Below are positions 40,256 through 57,081 of a DNA stretch of 64,000 bases, one piece after another. The stretch comes from Eledone cirrhosa (Eukaryota). The notes under the pieces were generated by a model. The model had not been told where the DNA came from. It saw only the letters and a list, made by a program, of their open reading frames with translations, and ran no database searches. The DNA lies in assembly GCA_964016885.1 (NCBI GenBank), contig OZ024743.1, forward strand, positions 320,788,001-320,852,000. Direction: 5' to 3'. The translations under genes were made by a program, and so were the position numbers. Every line of letters begins with the position of its first letter. Positions within the stretch are counted from its first letter, which is position 1.

Positions 40256-41149
40256 GGAGTTATTATATTTATTGTTGGTTTATTATGCAAATTAGTGTTG
40301 GAAAGGTTTAAAAACAGTATATTTAAATTAAGCCGTTTGAATAGGGAAAAAAGAGAAAAGAAAGAGAACAAAACGAAAGAAAGAAAGAGAGAAACCTGAG
40401 TATATTTTAGTGAGAGAGAATAGCGTAATTTTGAGAGAAGAGGCGAATAAATAAATAAAGCGTGGATGAATACCGTAAGATGGATAAACAATAATAATAA
40501 ACAATAACAGATACTAATAAAGATGGATAAACAATAATAAAGCTAAGTTGACGAATTTATCTAATGTTTAATTAATAAATTTGATTAAATATTTAATTAA
40601 TAATTTATCAATTCAATCCGTAGTTTAAATGTTTAAATGTGTATGTTATATTATTCAAGTTGAGACCTATATATTATTATTAAAGAATATATATTATTAA
40701 AAATATGTTATTATTACAAATCCATATATAATTTTATTATTTATTATTAATTAATTATTTTAAAAAATTTGTAAGTTTAAAATATCCAAATATTTCTAAG
40801 CTCATGGAATTTCCGAGAGTTTACCGAAGAATAATCCCTTAGTTGTAATAGCAGTGGATCGTAAAGGAAATTGCTAGCGATTTATTAATAATTTAGATAG
40901 CCCTAAGGATTAAATGTTATAAAGTTAAGATGTTAAAAATGTTAATTATCGATCTTAATGGTGTAATTAGAGATGAATTTTATGTTATTTTATAGCAAGT
41001 TATAAATTCATAACTCCAACCTGTCATACAATTATGACTGTTAAAAACATAAATTTGTTTGCTATAACGTGTCAACATTAAAAATTCATTCATTGGAATA
41101 TATCCAAAGCATAAACCATAAAACAATTCTTTCATAAGAGTACATCTGT

Positions 41150-43080
41150 CTTAGCTAGGTTCACTCTCAGTCCTCTTGCTTCCAACTGCTGTTTCCATAG
41201 CCAGAATTTATTCTCTAACTCCTCTACTCATTCTTCTAAAAGAACCAGATCGTCAGCATAGAAAAGTTCTCATGGACAGCCAGTCTTAAACTACTCTGTT
41301 ATGGCTTGGAGGATTATAATAAACAAGAGCGGGCTGAGGACCGAACCTTGATGTTCTCCTACTTGTATCTGGAATTCCTCACTAAACTCCATTCCTACCC
41401 TGACTTTACTGACAGCACCTCTGTACAAAGTTTGCACTGTCCTCACAAGCCAGCTTAGGGACCACCAGTTGACAAATGGGGGTGCCCTATCAAAGGCCTT
41501 CTCTAGGTCAACAAAGGCTAAGTATAGTGGCTTATTATTCTCTAAGAACCTCTCTTGTAATTGTCTCACCAAGAAGAAGGCATCTGTTGTACTTTTTCCA
41601 GGCACAAAACCAAACTGTATCTCATCTAGATTGACCCTTTCTCTAATTAGTTGTGCTAATATCCTTTCTGCCACTTTCATAACCTGATGCATCAGCTTTA
41701 TACCCTATAATTGCTCCTCTCCAGAGCATCCCCTTTACCTTTGTAGCAGTTTATGAGAATACTGCTGCACCAGTCTTTGGGTATGACACCACCATATATA
41801 TAGCTTGATTGATGATGCGTGCAACCAGTTTAGTGCCTACGTACCCTGATGCCTTCAGCAGCTCAGCAACTATCCCCGACGGTCCAGTAGCCTTACCATT
41901 TTTCATTTCCTTAATCGCCTCTTGGACCCTATATTCGTCAATCCCAATAGCTGGTCCCTTTGTTGGATCTACTGAGGGTAATTTCTCTCTCTCCCATTCG
42001 TTCTCCACATTCATCAGTCTCTCATAATGACATTTCCAGGCCTCCTTTTTCTGATCATTCGCGATACTAAATACACCGGCATCATTCCGGACACATTTAT
42101 CTCCAACAGCATCCTGATTTGCATTGACACACTGCCTTGCAATGTGGAACACCGCACGCCTCTGATCTTCCCGTCGCAGAACATTGGCAAACCTCCTATT
42201 CTTAGCCTCCCTGCGTGCTAAGTACACCTGACGTCTAGCTTCTCTCTTAGCGGCTGTATATCCTTATCTTCTCCCACCCTTTTCCCAAGCCTACCATGCT
42301 AGTCTTTTTGTCTCTAATAGCCTTATCTACTGTGCTGTTCCACCACCAGGTCACTCTCTGTGTGGTTGGAGCTCTGCTCCAGCCACAAGTTTCATCAGTA
42401 GCCTGCAGTAAGTTGTCACGTAAGAAATTCCAGTTATTATCTATGTCATACGTCTCTAAATCGTCTTCTTTTTCGTCATACACATCTTGAAGGGGTTTCC
42501 TAAATTTGTATTTTAGTGAAAGGTCTTTTAGCTTCTAGACTTTTCTTCTCCACACCTTTCTGTATGTCTCATTCCATCTCTTGCTTACTGAGATATCACT
42601 AACGACTAACCTATGCTGTGTGGTACATTCTTCCTCAGTGTATGCCTTGGTATTTGACACCATCTGCCTGTCCCGCTGCCTAACTAGTAAGAAGTCAATC
42701 TGACTTATATGCTCGCCTGATTTGTAGATTATTAGGTGGTTGGCAGGTGTCTGGAAGTTAGTATTGCAAATGGATAGTGCACTTGCTTCACAAAATTCAA
42801 GAAACCTCACTCCTTTTTCATTTCTTGAGCCGTAACCATGCCTACCATGTACTCCAGTGCAACCATTCTGGAGCTGGCCAACATGACCATTGAATTCCCC
42901 TGCTAGCATAACTATGTTTCCGTCCTCTGTCATTGCGGTTGTTTGTAAAAGTTGCTCGTAAAAGCAGTCTTTCTCTTCTTTGCCTAGGCCTGCTTGGGGA
43001 GCATAAGCAGAGATGATTGTCAGTAGTCTCCTGCCTACAACTAATCTAAGCTTAATTATTCGAATACTAATTCGAACAAC
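41150..43080 (-). mobile_element. RTE (BovB-like) LINE internal fragment (APE + RT), degenerate
   Basis: [30 protein letters not shown] (APE); KATGPSGI, QFGF.PGKSTTDA, FVDLEKAFDR, HQGSVLSPLLF, YADDL (RT). Confidence 0.9.
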
Positions 43081-43190
<110 letters not shown>

Positions 43191-43244
43191 ATATATATAT
43201 ACACACATATGTATATATATATATAGAGAGAGAGATTACTTGAT

Positions 43245-43328
<84 letters not shown>

Positions 43329-43542
43329 ATATATGTTTTTGTATATATGTGTATATATGTGTGTATGGATTTACGTATATGTTTATATGTATGCGTGTGT
43401 TGATTTTTATTGCGTGCGTGTGTGCGCGCGCGTATGTGTACGTATGTACGTGGGTTATGTACCTTTGATATTCATTTATCTAATTTATCGTAGATTTTTT
43501 TGTATGTGTATGTATGTGGATGTTTGTGTATATGTATGTATT

Positions 43543-43585
<43 letters not shown>

Positions 43586-43712
43586 ATGTGTGTGTATATA
43601 TATGTATATATATATGTATGCATATATATATATATATGTGTGTGTAAGTATATTTATTTTATATATATATATACAGATATGTGTGTTGGTTTGTATGTGT
43701 GTATAGGTATAT

Positions 43713-46300
<2,588 letters not shown>

Positions 46301-46304
46301 GTAT

Positions 46305-48691
46305 ACGCCGAGTTCTGAGAAAGACCGATCACGGACACTGAGATACGGGACGCTCTGGGCCGCTGCGGGAAATGCAAGTCACCCGGTCTAGATGGTCTAC
46401 CCTATGAGTTTTACATAGTCATGCCGTACTTGTTCTCTGGCGTCCTCGAAGCCGTTTACTGCAATTGGCAGCAGACCGGGAGATTTCCCAGTTCTGCAGG
46501 CAAGGGCGTAGTAACGCGGATCAGGAAAGACGAGAACAAGGCGGACGAAATTAACAACTTCAGGCCCATAACTCTGCTCAACACAGAGTTAAAGATTTTG
46601 GCCAAGGTGCTAGCGACGAGGTTGGCGCTTGTCGTCGACAACCTGGTAGGGAAAGCGCAAACGTGTGAAATCCCATCCAGGTCCATACACGACAACCTCC
46701 ACCTTATGCGATACATACATGCGATACATAGATAGGGTGGGTAGTAAACCCGGCTTCGGTGGGGCTCTGATCAATTTGGATCAGTCTAAGGCATTCGATA
46801 GGGTCGATCATCGATACTTGGAAGCGGTTCTCAAGGCGGCCTGTTTCGGTCCCGGGTTCAGAGGCTGGATCGAGGCGATGCACACCTGCATCAGCTCGAG
46901 GGTCAAGGTGAACGGCTTCCTATCGGAGCCGTTCGCAATCACGCGTTGCATTCCACAGGGGTGCCCTCTCTCCTCCATTCTCTATGTATTGACTCTAGAG
47001 CCACTACTGCAGAAATTGGAGCTGTTGGAAGGTATCCCTCTAGAACCGGGACTGCGCAAAGCAGCGTCGGCTTATGCCGACGAGTTGACGGTAATGGTGT
47101 CGAGTACCTCGGAAATCTGGGTGATCGGCAACTTACTGAAGGAATACGAAACGCTGACGGGAGCAAAACTAAACCCGGACAAGTCTGTCGGTTTGCAACT
47201 CGGTACGTGCAGAGGCAAACCGTTGACGTCCGACAGCGTCGTTGGACGCTGGACGGACGGACCGGTGAAATTGCTCAGGGTCTGGTTCGGTCCAGACCTC
47301 CAGGTGGAGAAAAACTGGAACGATGTCACGACCAAAGTGTTTGCACTCACCCAGAAATGGGCGGAGTGCAAACTGTCCTTGAAAGGTAGAACGGAGACGG
47401 CGAACACTTTCATAGCGTCCGTCATCTACTAGCGCTTGACTGTCGTGCCTTGTCCCCGTGAACACCTCTCGCCAAGATGGAACGCATACTCTTCCAGTTT
47501 CTGCGGAAGAAGCAGGCTCTGCTGGTGAGGAGATCTGTCTGGTGTCAGCACCCTTCCCACGGAGGGCTGGGCATGCCGCGGCTGTTGGTGCGCAAACATG
47601 CACTGAGGCTGCGGCCTCTCCAGGTATTCCTCACCGGCCCGCAACCGGTGTGGGCACCGTTTGTGAGACAGGCTTTCACACAACTCGTCTCGCTGACGGA
47701 GCTGCAGTCCTGGGTCAAGAAACGACCTAAAACGATGGGCGCCTGCCACATTAAAGTGCTCAGGCGCTCACAGTCCTCTGGCAAGCGGGCGCAGCAATCA
47801 GTGGAGACTCCACTTCGACATTCTATAGAGCGATTGTACGTCACAAGGGCGACGACGTGCTCGGAGAGACTCTGGGCGTCGAAGACGATGAGCTCACCAG
47901 TCTGTTTGGTAGGACTTTCCGCCCGGGACCTATGGACAACTTCCAGAAGTCCCTGGCCTGGCAGTGCTACCGAGGAGCTCTACCGGTTCGTGACAAGATC
48001 TACAGGCATGGACGCCCCGGCAGGGATCCTTCCAAGAGGACGTGTCCAAGATGCGCGCAGGACATTGAAACAGTCCTGCACGCAAATGTACACTGCCCGG
48101 GCGTAACCGACCTGTAGAACTATGCAGAACAACTGCTGTCTCGTATGGGACAAATCCAGTTTACTGCCGAGTCCATAGTAAGGATCAAACAGCCAGCCTC
48201 TTTCAAAAACGAAAGAGAGGCGGTTTTCCTCTGTACGGTGGCTATGGTGAAATAAGTTATATGGTGGATGAGATTGAGAGGACTGAGGACAAATGCCTTT
48301 CTCTTCGGACAACAATTGATTCCCTTCTTTAAGTATCACTTTAGAAGGAGAATCAGAGTAGAGAGAGAGGCACTGCACCCCAGTAAATTTACTGAAAGGT
48401 GGGTGAATGAAGCGAAAATGGCCCGAGTGATTGGGCCTCCTCTGTTTATAAGCCTGTAGGTTGAAGAAGAGAGCAAAAGGAAGAAAGGAGCACTTGCACA
48501 ACACGCTCCTGAAGTTGAGTGTTGTTCTATCGACGGGGTATTAAACAACCCATTTGTGGCGCTTCCCCCCTATTGGTGATTTTGATAGTTCTAATTGTTT
48601 GTTTTTATATTTTTTACACGACTGTATGTAAAATCCCCGGCATGTCTTTGTATTGTCCCCTTTTCTTGTGCGCCCTTGTGGCAAATAAAGA
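46305..48691 (+). mobile_element. Tx1-type LINE, divergent subfamily, 5'-truncated, ending at (ATCT)n
   Basis: KSPGLDGLPYEFY, NFRPITLLN, DQSKAFDRV, AYAD, FQKSLAWQCY. AATAAAGAA then (ATCT)n at 48692-48777. Confidence 0.85.
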
Positions 48692-48692
48692 A

Positions 48693-48743
<51 letters not shown>

Positions 48744-48744
48744 A

Positions 48745-48778
<34 letters not shown>

Positions 48779-48996
48779 TACTAAAAGTCTGTGATTGCTT
48801 GCTGGCTTGCTTGTCTGCGATGCAATAGAGCCAAAAGGGTGCATAATGGGAAAAAGTTTCGCGTAAATTGAAGCACTGGTTCCCGAGATATGGATTTTCT
48901 CCGGGTAGCTCCATAAACAGAGATAGAAGGATAGAGAGAAAGAGATTGTGGTTGTGAGAGAGTAGATCGTAAGAGAGTCATAGAGAGAGGAAGAGG

Positions 48997-50210
48997 AGAC
49001 AGATGTTTTGCCTACATTGGTTTTAACGTTGAGTGAGAAGGGAGGAGAGAACCAGATAGTTTGTCTATTGTTACGCTTTGTTTTCTTATTACTGTTGTTG
49101 TTAGTAGGAGAATGAGTGATAGGTTGCGAGAAGCCGCTGTCAGCTAACACCGTGTTATTGTAGGGTGACGCTCTGTCAAAGATAGCCTTATTAGAGGAGA
49201 AGTTTGAGACTCTAGTACTGATATTATTCAGCTTCTACCTTCAATGAGTTAGGACTTAGAATAACAGTAGTTACCAACCTCTCTAGCGTAGATTTCTTAG
49301 ACATTAATTTAGACCTTCGCACACACACCTACAGACCCTTCCGTAAGCTTAAAGAAAAACTCAATTACATTCACAAAGACTCATGCCACCCTCCCATTTG
49401 TTTGAGAAACTTCGTAAATAATATCAGTACTAGTATCTCAAACCTTTCCTCTAAGAGAGTAAAACTAGGATACTCCTGCGCTAAGAACTTGAAGGCCCAC
49501 ATCACCAACATCCCTAAGAGCAACACCCCACCAGGGTGCTCTTGCCGTAAGCCCGAAGCTTGTCCCCTTCAACAGCAATGCAACACACCCGCTGTAGTTT
49601 ATGAAGCTGTGGTCACTTCCAACCGACCAAATCAACCAGAGGAGGTCAAATCCTATGTGGGTATGGCGGATGGCCGATTTAAGGAACGCTTCCTGAACCA
49701 CCAGTCGACCTTTAGGTACCCGGACAGACGTTCATCCACGAAACTCGCGATCCACATATGGTGCCTTAAGGACTCAAGTATAGACTATTCCATTCAATAG
49801 AAAGCCATCACTAAGTCCAAGCCATAGGCAAGGGGCAATCCGTCATGTGGACTATGTATTGATGAACGAATAAATATTCTAAAGAGATTACGCAATGGCG
49901 ACTGCCTAAACTCAAGAAATTAATTCTTTACACGTTGTCCCCACGTCTCGAAACACCTTTTACATAACTACAAAGCTCCGGATTGAATTACAACAACATC
50001 CTAATTTTCTTATCAACTAGAAACTTTCGGACTTTCGCAGTTATCTCCCTTACACCTCTCGCACGCAATTTAGTATTGCCTAACCGAAGTGACCGATTCT
50101 GCGCATGCGCGTCGTACGGTTGTCCTTCCTGTTCCGTATAACCATGTCCATTACGAGCTGAGGATCCACTAATATTTCAGTATGGTGAACTAACTGTTGT
50201 GTAACCACTT
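48997..50210. mobile_element. Naiad-type PLE fragment with internal inversion (48997-49230 minus, 49231-50210 plus)
   Basis: Minus: SNKAIFD..PYNN.VL..SGF..RQTIWFSPPFSLNVKTNVGK. Plus: DFLDI.LDL...YRPFRK...CSCRKPEACPL..C, YVG, CGLC..E. Degenerate HHR (CTGAGGA) at 50158. Confidence 0.8.
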
Positions 50211-50225
50211 ATATATATATATATA

Positions 50226-50346
<121 letters not shown>

Positions 50347-50909
50347 ACGTGTGTGTGTTTGTGTGTGTGTGGGCGTTTATATACCTCACTCTATAAAATC
50401 TTATCTCTACTGCAGCGAAGCAGCGATCACTGAAGCAGATGTATAAGACCCGATCGTAACAGTCAAGCTGGGCATATTGACAGTAATCTGTAAACGGGAC
50501 ATTCATGCAGGCCTACACTTTCACTATTGACGACTTTGCTTTCTAAGAATGGCTTGAATCTCTAGATTAAAAGAGAAATATTCACTGGATTTTCTGACCG
50601 TTAAACTACGAATGTATTGTGAATTTTGCAGTCATTTCTACTTTTGAACAAACACAAGACGCTAATAAATACACAGTATGTTCATACAGATGGAATCTGT
50701 TCTGTGGTCGTGGCAATCGTATAAGAGTGAATGTCTTCGTAATTCGGAGAGATAAGGTTGTTCCCTAGTATCGGTAATATTATTTTACGCTTTCTAGTTA
50801 TAAATGTAAGAAGCACTGTCATTTGTAGGTATGGTCATTGAAAGTATTCAAATTATTCCCTTGAATAATTCTATCGTAGTTGATCTTCTGAAATTCTCCT
50901 ATGTTCTAG

Positions 50910-50942
50910 GAAGCAAGCAAATGTTACGATATCAACAGCAAG
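50910..50942 (+). CDS. Candidate 33-nt host exon (phase 1-1)
   Basis: ttctag|GAAGC...CAAG|gtaagg; open in the frame that joins the next exon. Confidence 0.45.
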
Positions 50943-51125
50943 GTAAGGAATACTTTTTAAAGAATATGATCTAATCAAACCTTGCATTGATCTGAAAAAG
51001 CATTCAATACTGGGAATTGGGGATCATTGTGGAACTTACTCTGGAAACTCTACTCTGCGTGTATGAAAAAATGTTTTGGATTTATTATACGATAAATTTA
51101 TGTTTTACTTCATTTTATTTTCTAG

Positions 51126-51341
51126 AAAGCAAAGTTACTGTCATCAATGGAGCAAGTATAATAACTTGTGATCATCTTGCTGAGTTCGGTAACATTAAAT
51201 CACAAGATCATTGTAAAGAAAAGTGTGTTGTTAATAAATACACAGCAATGGAATACGCTCAATTTTACTCCCAATGTAGTGTCACAGACAATAAGCCAAA
51301 GAAATACGGCTTGATTTGTGATGATTTCTGGAAATTTACTG
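51126..51341 (+). CDS. Candidate 216-nt host exon encoding a PAN/apple-like cysteine module
   Basis: Pyrimidine-rich acceptor tttattttctag and donor G|gtagat. Encodes ESKVTVING...CDHL...DHCKEKC...AMEY....SQCSV...ICDDFWKFT. Confidence 0.55.
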
Positions 51342-51689
51342 GTAGATTTATATTTTTTGTTTTTCCTTTTCTTTCAATTTTGTTTTAGTTTCTTGGCGAG
51401 TGTCTTCCGGATACCTAGGGCAAAAAAGCTCACTGCATACATTGATAAGTCATACACATATATATAACAGATTGTTCACGTCACGTACTTTCCACGGATA
51501 CAAGTATATCATTTGCTTTATACATATGCATATCATGTTTAAAATTATATTATTATTATTATTATTTTTATTATTATCATCATTAATACTTGAAATTTTC
51601 TTTGAATTCTGCTTCTCTCGCAAATAAAGGCGAGTGATAACCTGGCACCCGGGACAAAATTTGATAATACATACATTTGACAAATCTTA

Positions 51690-53937
51690 CAAATTATACC
51701 ACAAGGGCACCAGTTAGAAAGCTAGACGAGGCACATAGAAAAGGCATCACGATCAATTCTTCAACTCTAAGCACGAAGGCTGCATTGTCAGAGCCAAGGC
51801 ACGTGCTCTAAGACACGAGGGGACGAAAGCCGTTCAATGGGCCCGGGTGGTGACGGCATGGCGTGGCAACAAAGTCGTGGTCTTTGGCGCATCACAGCGA
51901 GCGCATGTTAGTCGATCCCCAGCATGTGTGCGGCCTTTCAGCTGCACTTCGTTCAACTGTTCATGAATGAGTATTTGCGACCCGGACCATGGAATGGACT
52001 TGAATCCCTATGTCAAAGGCCTGCGCGATTCTCGATGACAGAGGCGGAGTGCTATGAAAAGCCGATAACTGCCGTTGAAATACAGGAGGCAATGACTGGC
52101 TGCGTGAGCAAAATATCGCGGGCTTTAAGTACATATGCCTTACATATACGGTGACCTCTTGTCAGACGTCTACTGCAACAACTGGCATCAGAACGGAAGA
52201 ATTTCCAGTTCTGTGACTTGAGGATTAGTGGCGTTGTTGAGAAACACCCTAAGAAAGGGGTCAACGTATATAATGTCAAGCCCATAACTCTGCTGAGTTA
52301 TTAGCAAAAATGTTGACGGTTGGGGCCCTGATCAATTTAGATAATTCGAAAGCAATTGATATGGTCGACCATTAATACCTCGCGGTTGTACTCAGGGCGG
52401 CGGGCTTTGGGCCCGTTGCAGAGGGTGAGTCGCTTCCATGCACAATGACATCAACACTGTTGTTAGAGTAGATGGCCCCCTTTCGGAACTGTTCATTATT
52501 AACCCGGAAAAGGCGGTGAATTGGCAGTGTCGGTAGAGGGTTGGACGCTATGCTTTCTAGAATAGTTACGTCCCTTTACAGTCTGAGTTCAAATCCCGCC
52601 GAGGTTAACTTTGCCTTTCCTCCTTACGGGGTCGATAACATAATGTGCCAGTAATGTACTGGGTAATTGCTGGTCTTGTGCCTAAAGTAGAAACAATTAT
52701 TAACCCGGAAAAGTCGCTGGGCTTGCAGCTCGGTCCATCTGCGGTCCATCTGCTGCCAGCACCCGCCACGCGGAGAGCTGGGTATGCTGTGGCTAATGTT
52801 GCGCAGACATGCACTGAGGCTGCGACATCTCCAGATATTCTGCCTAAACGGTGAACAGGTGTGGTCGCCGTTTATCAGACGGGCCTTTCCGCAGCTCGTC
52901 TCTTTGACTGAGCTGCAGTCCTGGGTCAAGAAGAGACCAAACTGGGTTACTGGCACCTGGAATGTTGCCAGGCACACACTGCTCTCTACCAGGCGGGCAA
53001 TGCTATCAGTGGAACTTCCAATCTTGATTTCTATAGAGGATTAGTGGTGGGTAATTGCGACGACGCACTCAGAGAGGATCTGGGTGTCGACGAAGTCGAA
53101 CTGACCAGTGTGTTCCGGAGGACCTTTGAGCCGGGACGATGGATAACTTCCAGAAATCCTTCGCTTGGCAGTGCTACCGAGGGACACTGCCGGCTGATTC
53201 GAGATAAACTCTACAGGTATGGAAGTGTTTCTCGAGATGTGCGCAGAGTGACGAAACCGTTCTGCACGCACTCCTCCAATGTCCGAGCATTACTGAATTG
53301 TGGAGTTATGTCGAACAGCTGTTGTCGCGTGTAGAATGGATCCGGCTATCGGCCGAGTCCATAGTAAAGATCGATCCACCGTCTTCTTTTGGCCAGGAAA
53401 GGCAGGCAATTTTTTTCTGTCTGGTGGCAGTTGCCAAAGAGGCTGTATTGTGGACCAGATTGAAAGGACTGAAGACTGACACTTTTCTCTTCGGCCAATC
53501 CCTCATCAACTTCTTCGAATTTCTCTTGGAAAGAAGGTGAGAGTGGAGAGAGAAGTGCTGCCTCCGAATACATTGGCTAAAAGGTGGATGAATATGGCCA
53601 GAATAGCCCGCGTGAGTGGGCCTACTCTGACCATGCACCTATAGGCTGGCTAATTTGAGGAGGAAAAGGGTGCCCCCCCCCCCCCCCCCACCGGTACGCT
53701 AAAAGAGCCGGGCGGTTCATGATTGGTGGGGTACATGAATCACCCTTGGGTCCTCCCCCCCTCTATTGGGGAATCTATTTTGTTATATTTATGCATAATT
53801 TATTTTATATTTTTATATCTTCATTGTTAACTTAGTCTTGCCGTTGTGCACTTTTACTCGAGCTTATTGTAAACCCCACTGTCCCTGTCTTTATATTGTC
53901 CCCTACATGTCGGCCCTTGTGGCCAATAAATGAAATC
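51690..53937 (+). mobile_element. Tx1-type LINE, decayed with internal deletions
   Basis: Homologous to 13400-15990 (RARALRHEG, EKPIT, RRHALRLRHL, AESIVKI). Ends AATAAA..ATC(ATT)n. Confidence 0.8.
52513..52695 (+). mobile_element. Octopus-type tRNA-derived SINE with ~18-bp TSD
   Basis: A-box-like TGGCAG..CGG and B box GAGTTCAAATC. ATTATTAACCCGGAAAAG at 52495-52512 and 52696-52713. Confidence 0.88.
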
Positions 53938-53949
53938 ATTATTATTATT

Positions 53950-54036
53950 ATTACGGGGTCGATAAAATAAAGTACCAGTAATTCACTGGTTAATTGCTGG
54001 CCTAGTGCCAAACGTAGAAACAATTATTATTATTAT
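53950..54036 (+). mobile_element. SINE 3' fragment
   Basis: TTACGGGGTCGATAAAATAAAGTACCAG...GTAGAAACAATTATT. Confidence 0.75.
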
Positions 54037-54059
54037 TTTAAAATTATTATCCTAATATC

Positions 54060-54203
54060 ACCCCTGGGGGAATTCTGTTGTTTGTTTATTTGTTTTGTTA
54101 ACTTTTTTTTTAATAGATTGCTTGTAAATCCCACTGGCCTCGTCTTTGTATTGTCCTCTATGTTCTGCCCTTGTGGCCAATAATAAAGAAATCATTATTA
54201 TTA
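54060..54203 (+). mobile_element. Tx1 3' UTR fragment
   Basis: GGGGAATT..TTGTAAATCCCACTG..CCCTTGTGGCCAATAATAAAGAAATC(ATT)n. Confidence 0.65.
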
Positions 54204-55350
54204 CTTGCAGAAAAACCACCCTTCAGGTGGTTTTCTGCTGGCATGTCTATTGTACATATTGATATTATACGCAAATATATATGCCTGTAGATATGCTACG
54301 TCAAATAAAATCGTAATTGACAATATGCACAGAAATTGAAGAGTGTTACAATGTCTCCCGTAATCAGTAATCCATGATACATAAAAAAAAGACGATATTA
54401 TATATAAACTGCATTACGGTGAAATGTAATGAAAACGAAAAAGGAGAAAATTATCGACAGATATATAAACGTTATGATATAACGATGTAAATATATGGAC
54501 GTTTATATAAGCGATATATGAGATAGCGTCCGTTATATCATAACCGGAAGTATTGACATTTGAAAATTTTAAAAGAAGTGAATCTTAAAATACGTAATCA
54601 TTATATATAAGAATATTTATGTTTAATCAACAGCTACGAAATTTAGTACATAAATTATGTAATATTCATTCATTATTTATTCAAAGTAATCCAACTTATT
54701 TTACCAACGGGATTAAAAAATATAAAACGGACGCTGTCCCGCACTACTCCCATTATTATAGTATAGATTGTGAATTTGATATCATAATCACAGTCACGTA
54801 TAGACACAAAAACGTATAGACACAAAAAAAGATAGCACACACACACACACAAACATACACACACACACACACAAACATACACACACACACACATACACAC
54901 GACAGCTTTGGGGCAAGCAGAATTTGACTGCTTACTAAAACGTAGACACATAAAAGGTTAACACACACATACACACATACACACAAACACACGACAGCTT
55001 TGGGGCAAGCAGAATTTTGACTGCTAACTAAATCGCAGGCACATAAAAAGATAACACACATACACTAGATAACACTACACGCGACTTTGACCGGTAGGGT
55101 CATTTAGAGGGAATTGGGGGGGGGTAAGGCTGCATAGCCACACTTTCCACCATGGCGATTGGACTGCATGCCTTGCTTTCCAGGTTACCCTTCGCCACTG
55201 GTGTGTATGTATGTGTATAAGTATGTGTATGTATATATGTGTGTATATATATATATATATATGCATGTATATATATATGTGTACATGTATGTATATATGT
55301 ATATATATATATGTATGTGTGTATGTGTATATGTATGTATATGTGTATAT

Positions 55351-55423
<73 letters not shown>

Positions 55424-55467
55424 TATATAAATATATGTGTATATATATATATATAGAGAGAGAGAGA

Positions 55468-55860
55468 GAAAATTGAGGTTGGTAATGGCACATGGAATAT
55501 ATAAGAGACAGAATACTTTTTTGTGAAAAAACATAATTTTATAAGGTAAGGTAAGGAAATAATAAAGGGTATAAAAAATGACCGGTTTCGATGGGTCTGC
55601 AAAAGCCATCTTTTCAAATGTTGATTAATATTAAGAAAAATTAATAATAAGAAGAGTTAAAATTTGAGATTTGAAAATTCAAGTATAAAATTCATTGTGG
55701 GATTTCATAGTAGTTTTCATCTTGGTACCGCAAGTTGACTGCTGTGTGCCTTTCTGGTAGTGAATGAGAAGTTATTTGGGGGTGTGGGTTATTTTATAAA
55801 GGTCAGATTTAGCAATGGCCAGATGACCAGCTGCTGGTCAGTGAGGGGGTGGAAGCAATA
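55468..55860 (-). mobile_element. Neptune-like PLE 3' end with U3-A8 HHR (55575-55622)
   Basis: Similar to 16680-16990. Minus strand: TTGAAAA-GATGG..CCATC-GAAA-CCGG-TC. Confidence 0.6.
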
Positions 55861-55978
55861 TACATACATATATCTGTGGTCGGTAGGAGAGGGGAGATTG
55901 ATAGAAAGGGGTTAGTGCACTTACACCTATATATACACACATACCTTCATCCACACATACATACATATACATATACAT

Positions 55979-56086
<108 letters not shown>

Positions 56087-56136
56087 GTACATATACACAT
56101 ACATATATATATTTATATACATATATATATACACAT

Positions 56137-56225
<89 letters not shown>

Positions 56226-56371
56226 TACATATACACACATACATACACACACACATACATATACATACACACATACACACACACATATATGCACATACAC
56301 ACACATATATACACACATATATATATACATACATACACATACATCTAGATACACACATACGTACACACACG

Positions 56372-56407
<36 letters not shown>

Positions 56408-56961
56408 CATACACATATATACACACATATACATACACATATATATACACACACACCCACACATACATACACACACACATATATATACATACACACATAC
56501 AAACACACACACACACACACACATATATACACATACACACACATATATATACAGACACACACACATATATATATATATATACACGTACGCATACATCCAG
56601 ATACATACATACATACACACACACATACACACACACACGCAATACATACATCCACATGCACACACATACACACACATACACACACACACACATATACACA
56701 TACATACACCCACACAGAGAAATGGCCTCCAAATATATATATATACATACATACACATATATTTTTTCCATAATATAAGAAGTTAGGACAGTGAAATTAA
56801 AATACAAGTCAATCTGATCACATTGAGTTCTTCATGTAGATTGGGCCCCGCAACCGACAGTGGTGAATTCTGTGTGCGCATATATATATATAGATATATG
56901 TCTGTGCACGTGCAGGGTTTAACATGGATGTGTTGGTCACACAAAGGCATGGTCTGTCAAC

Positions 56962-57081
<120 letters not shown>

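Noticed and set aside
52513-52600. tRNA gene
   Set aside because: A/B boxes are present, but it is the head of a multi-copy SINE with tail and TSD.
54820-55060. Short direct repeats (ACGACAGCTTTGGGGCAAGCAGAATT) as a CRISPR-like array
   Set aside because: Only two copies within (CA)n, in a eukaryotic context with no cas genes.
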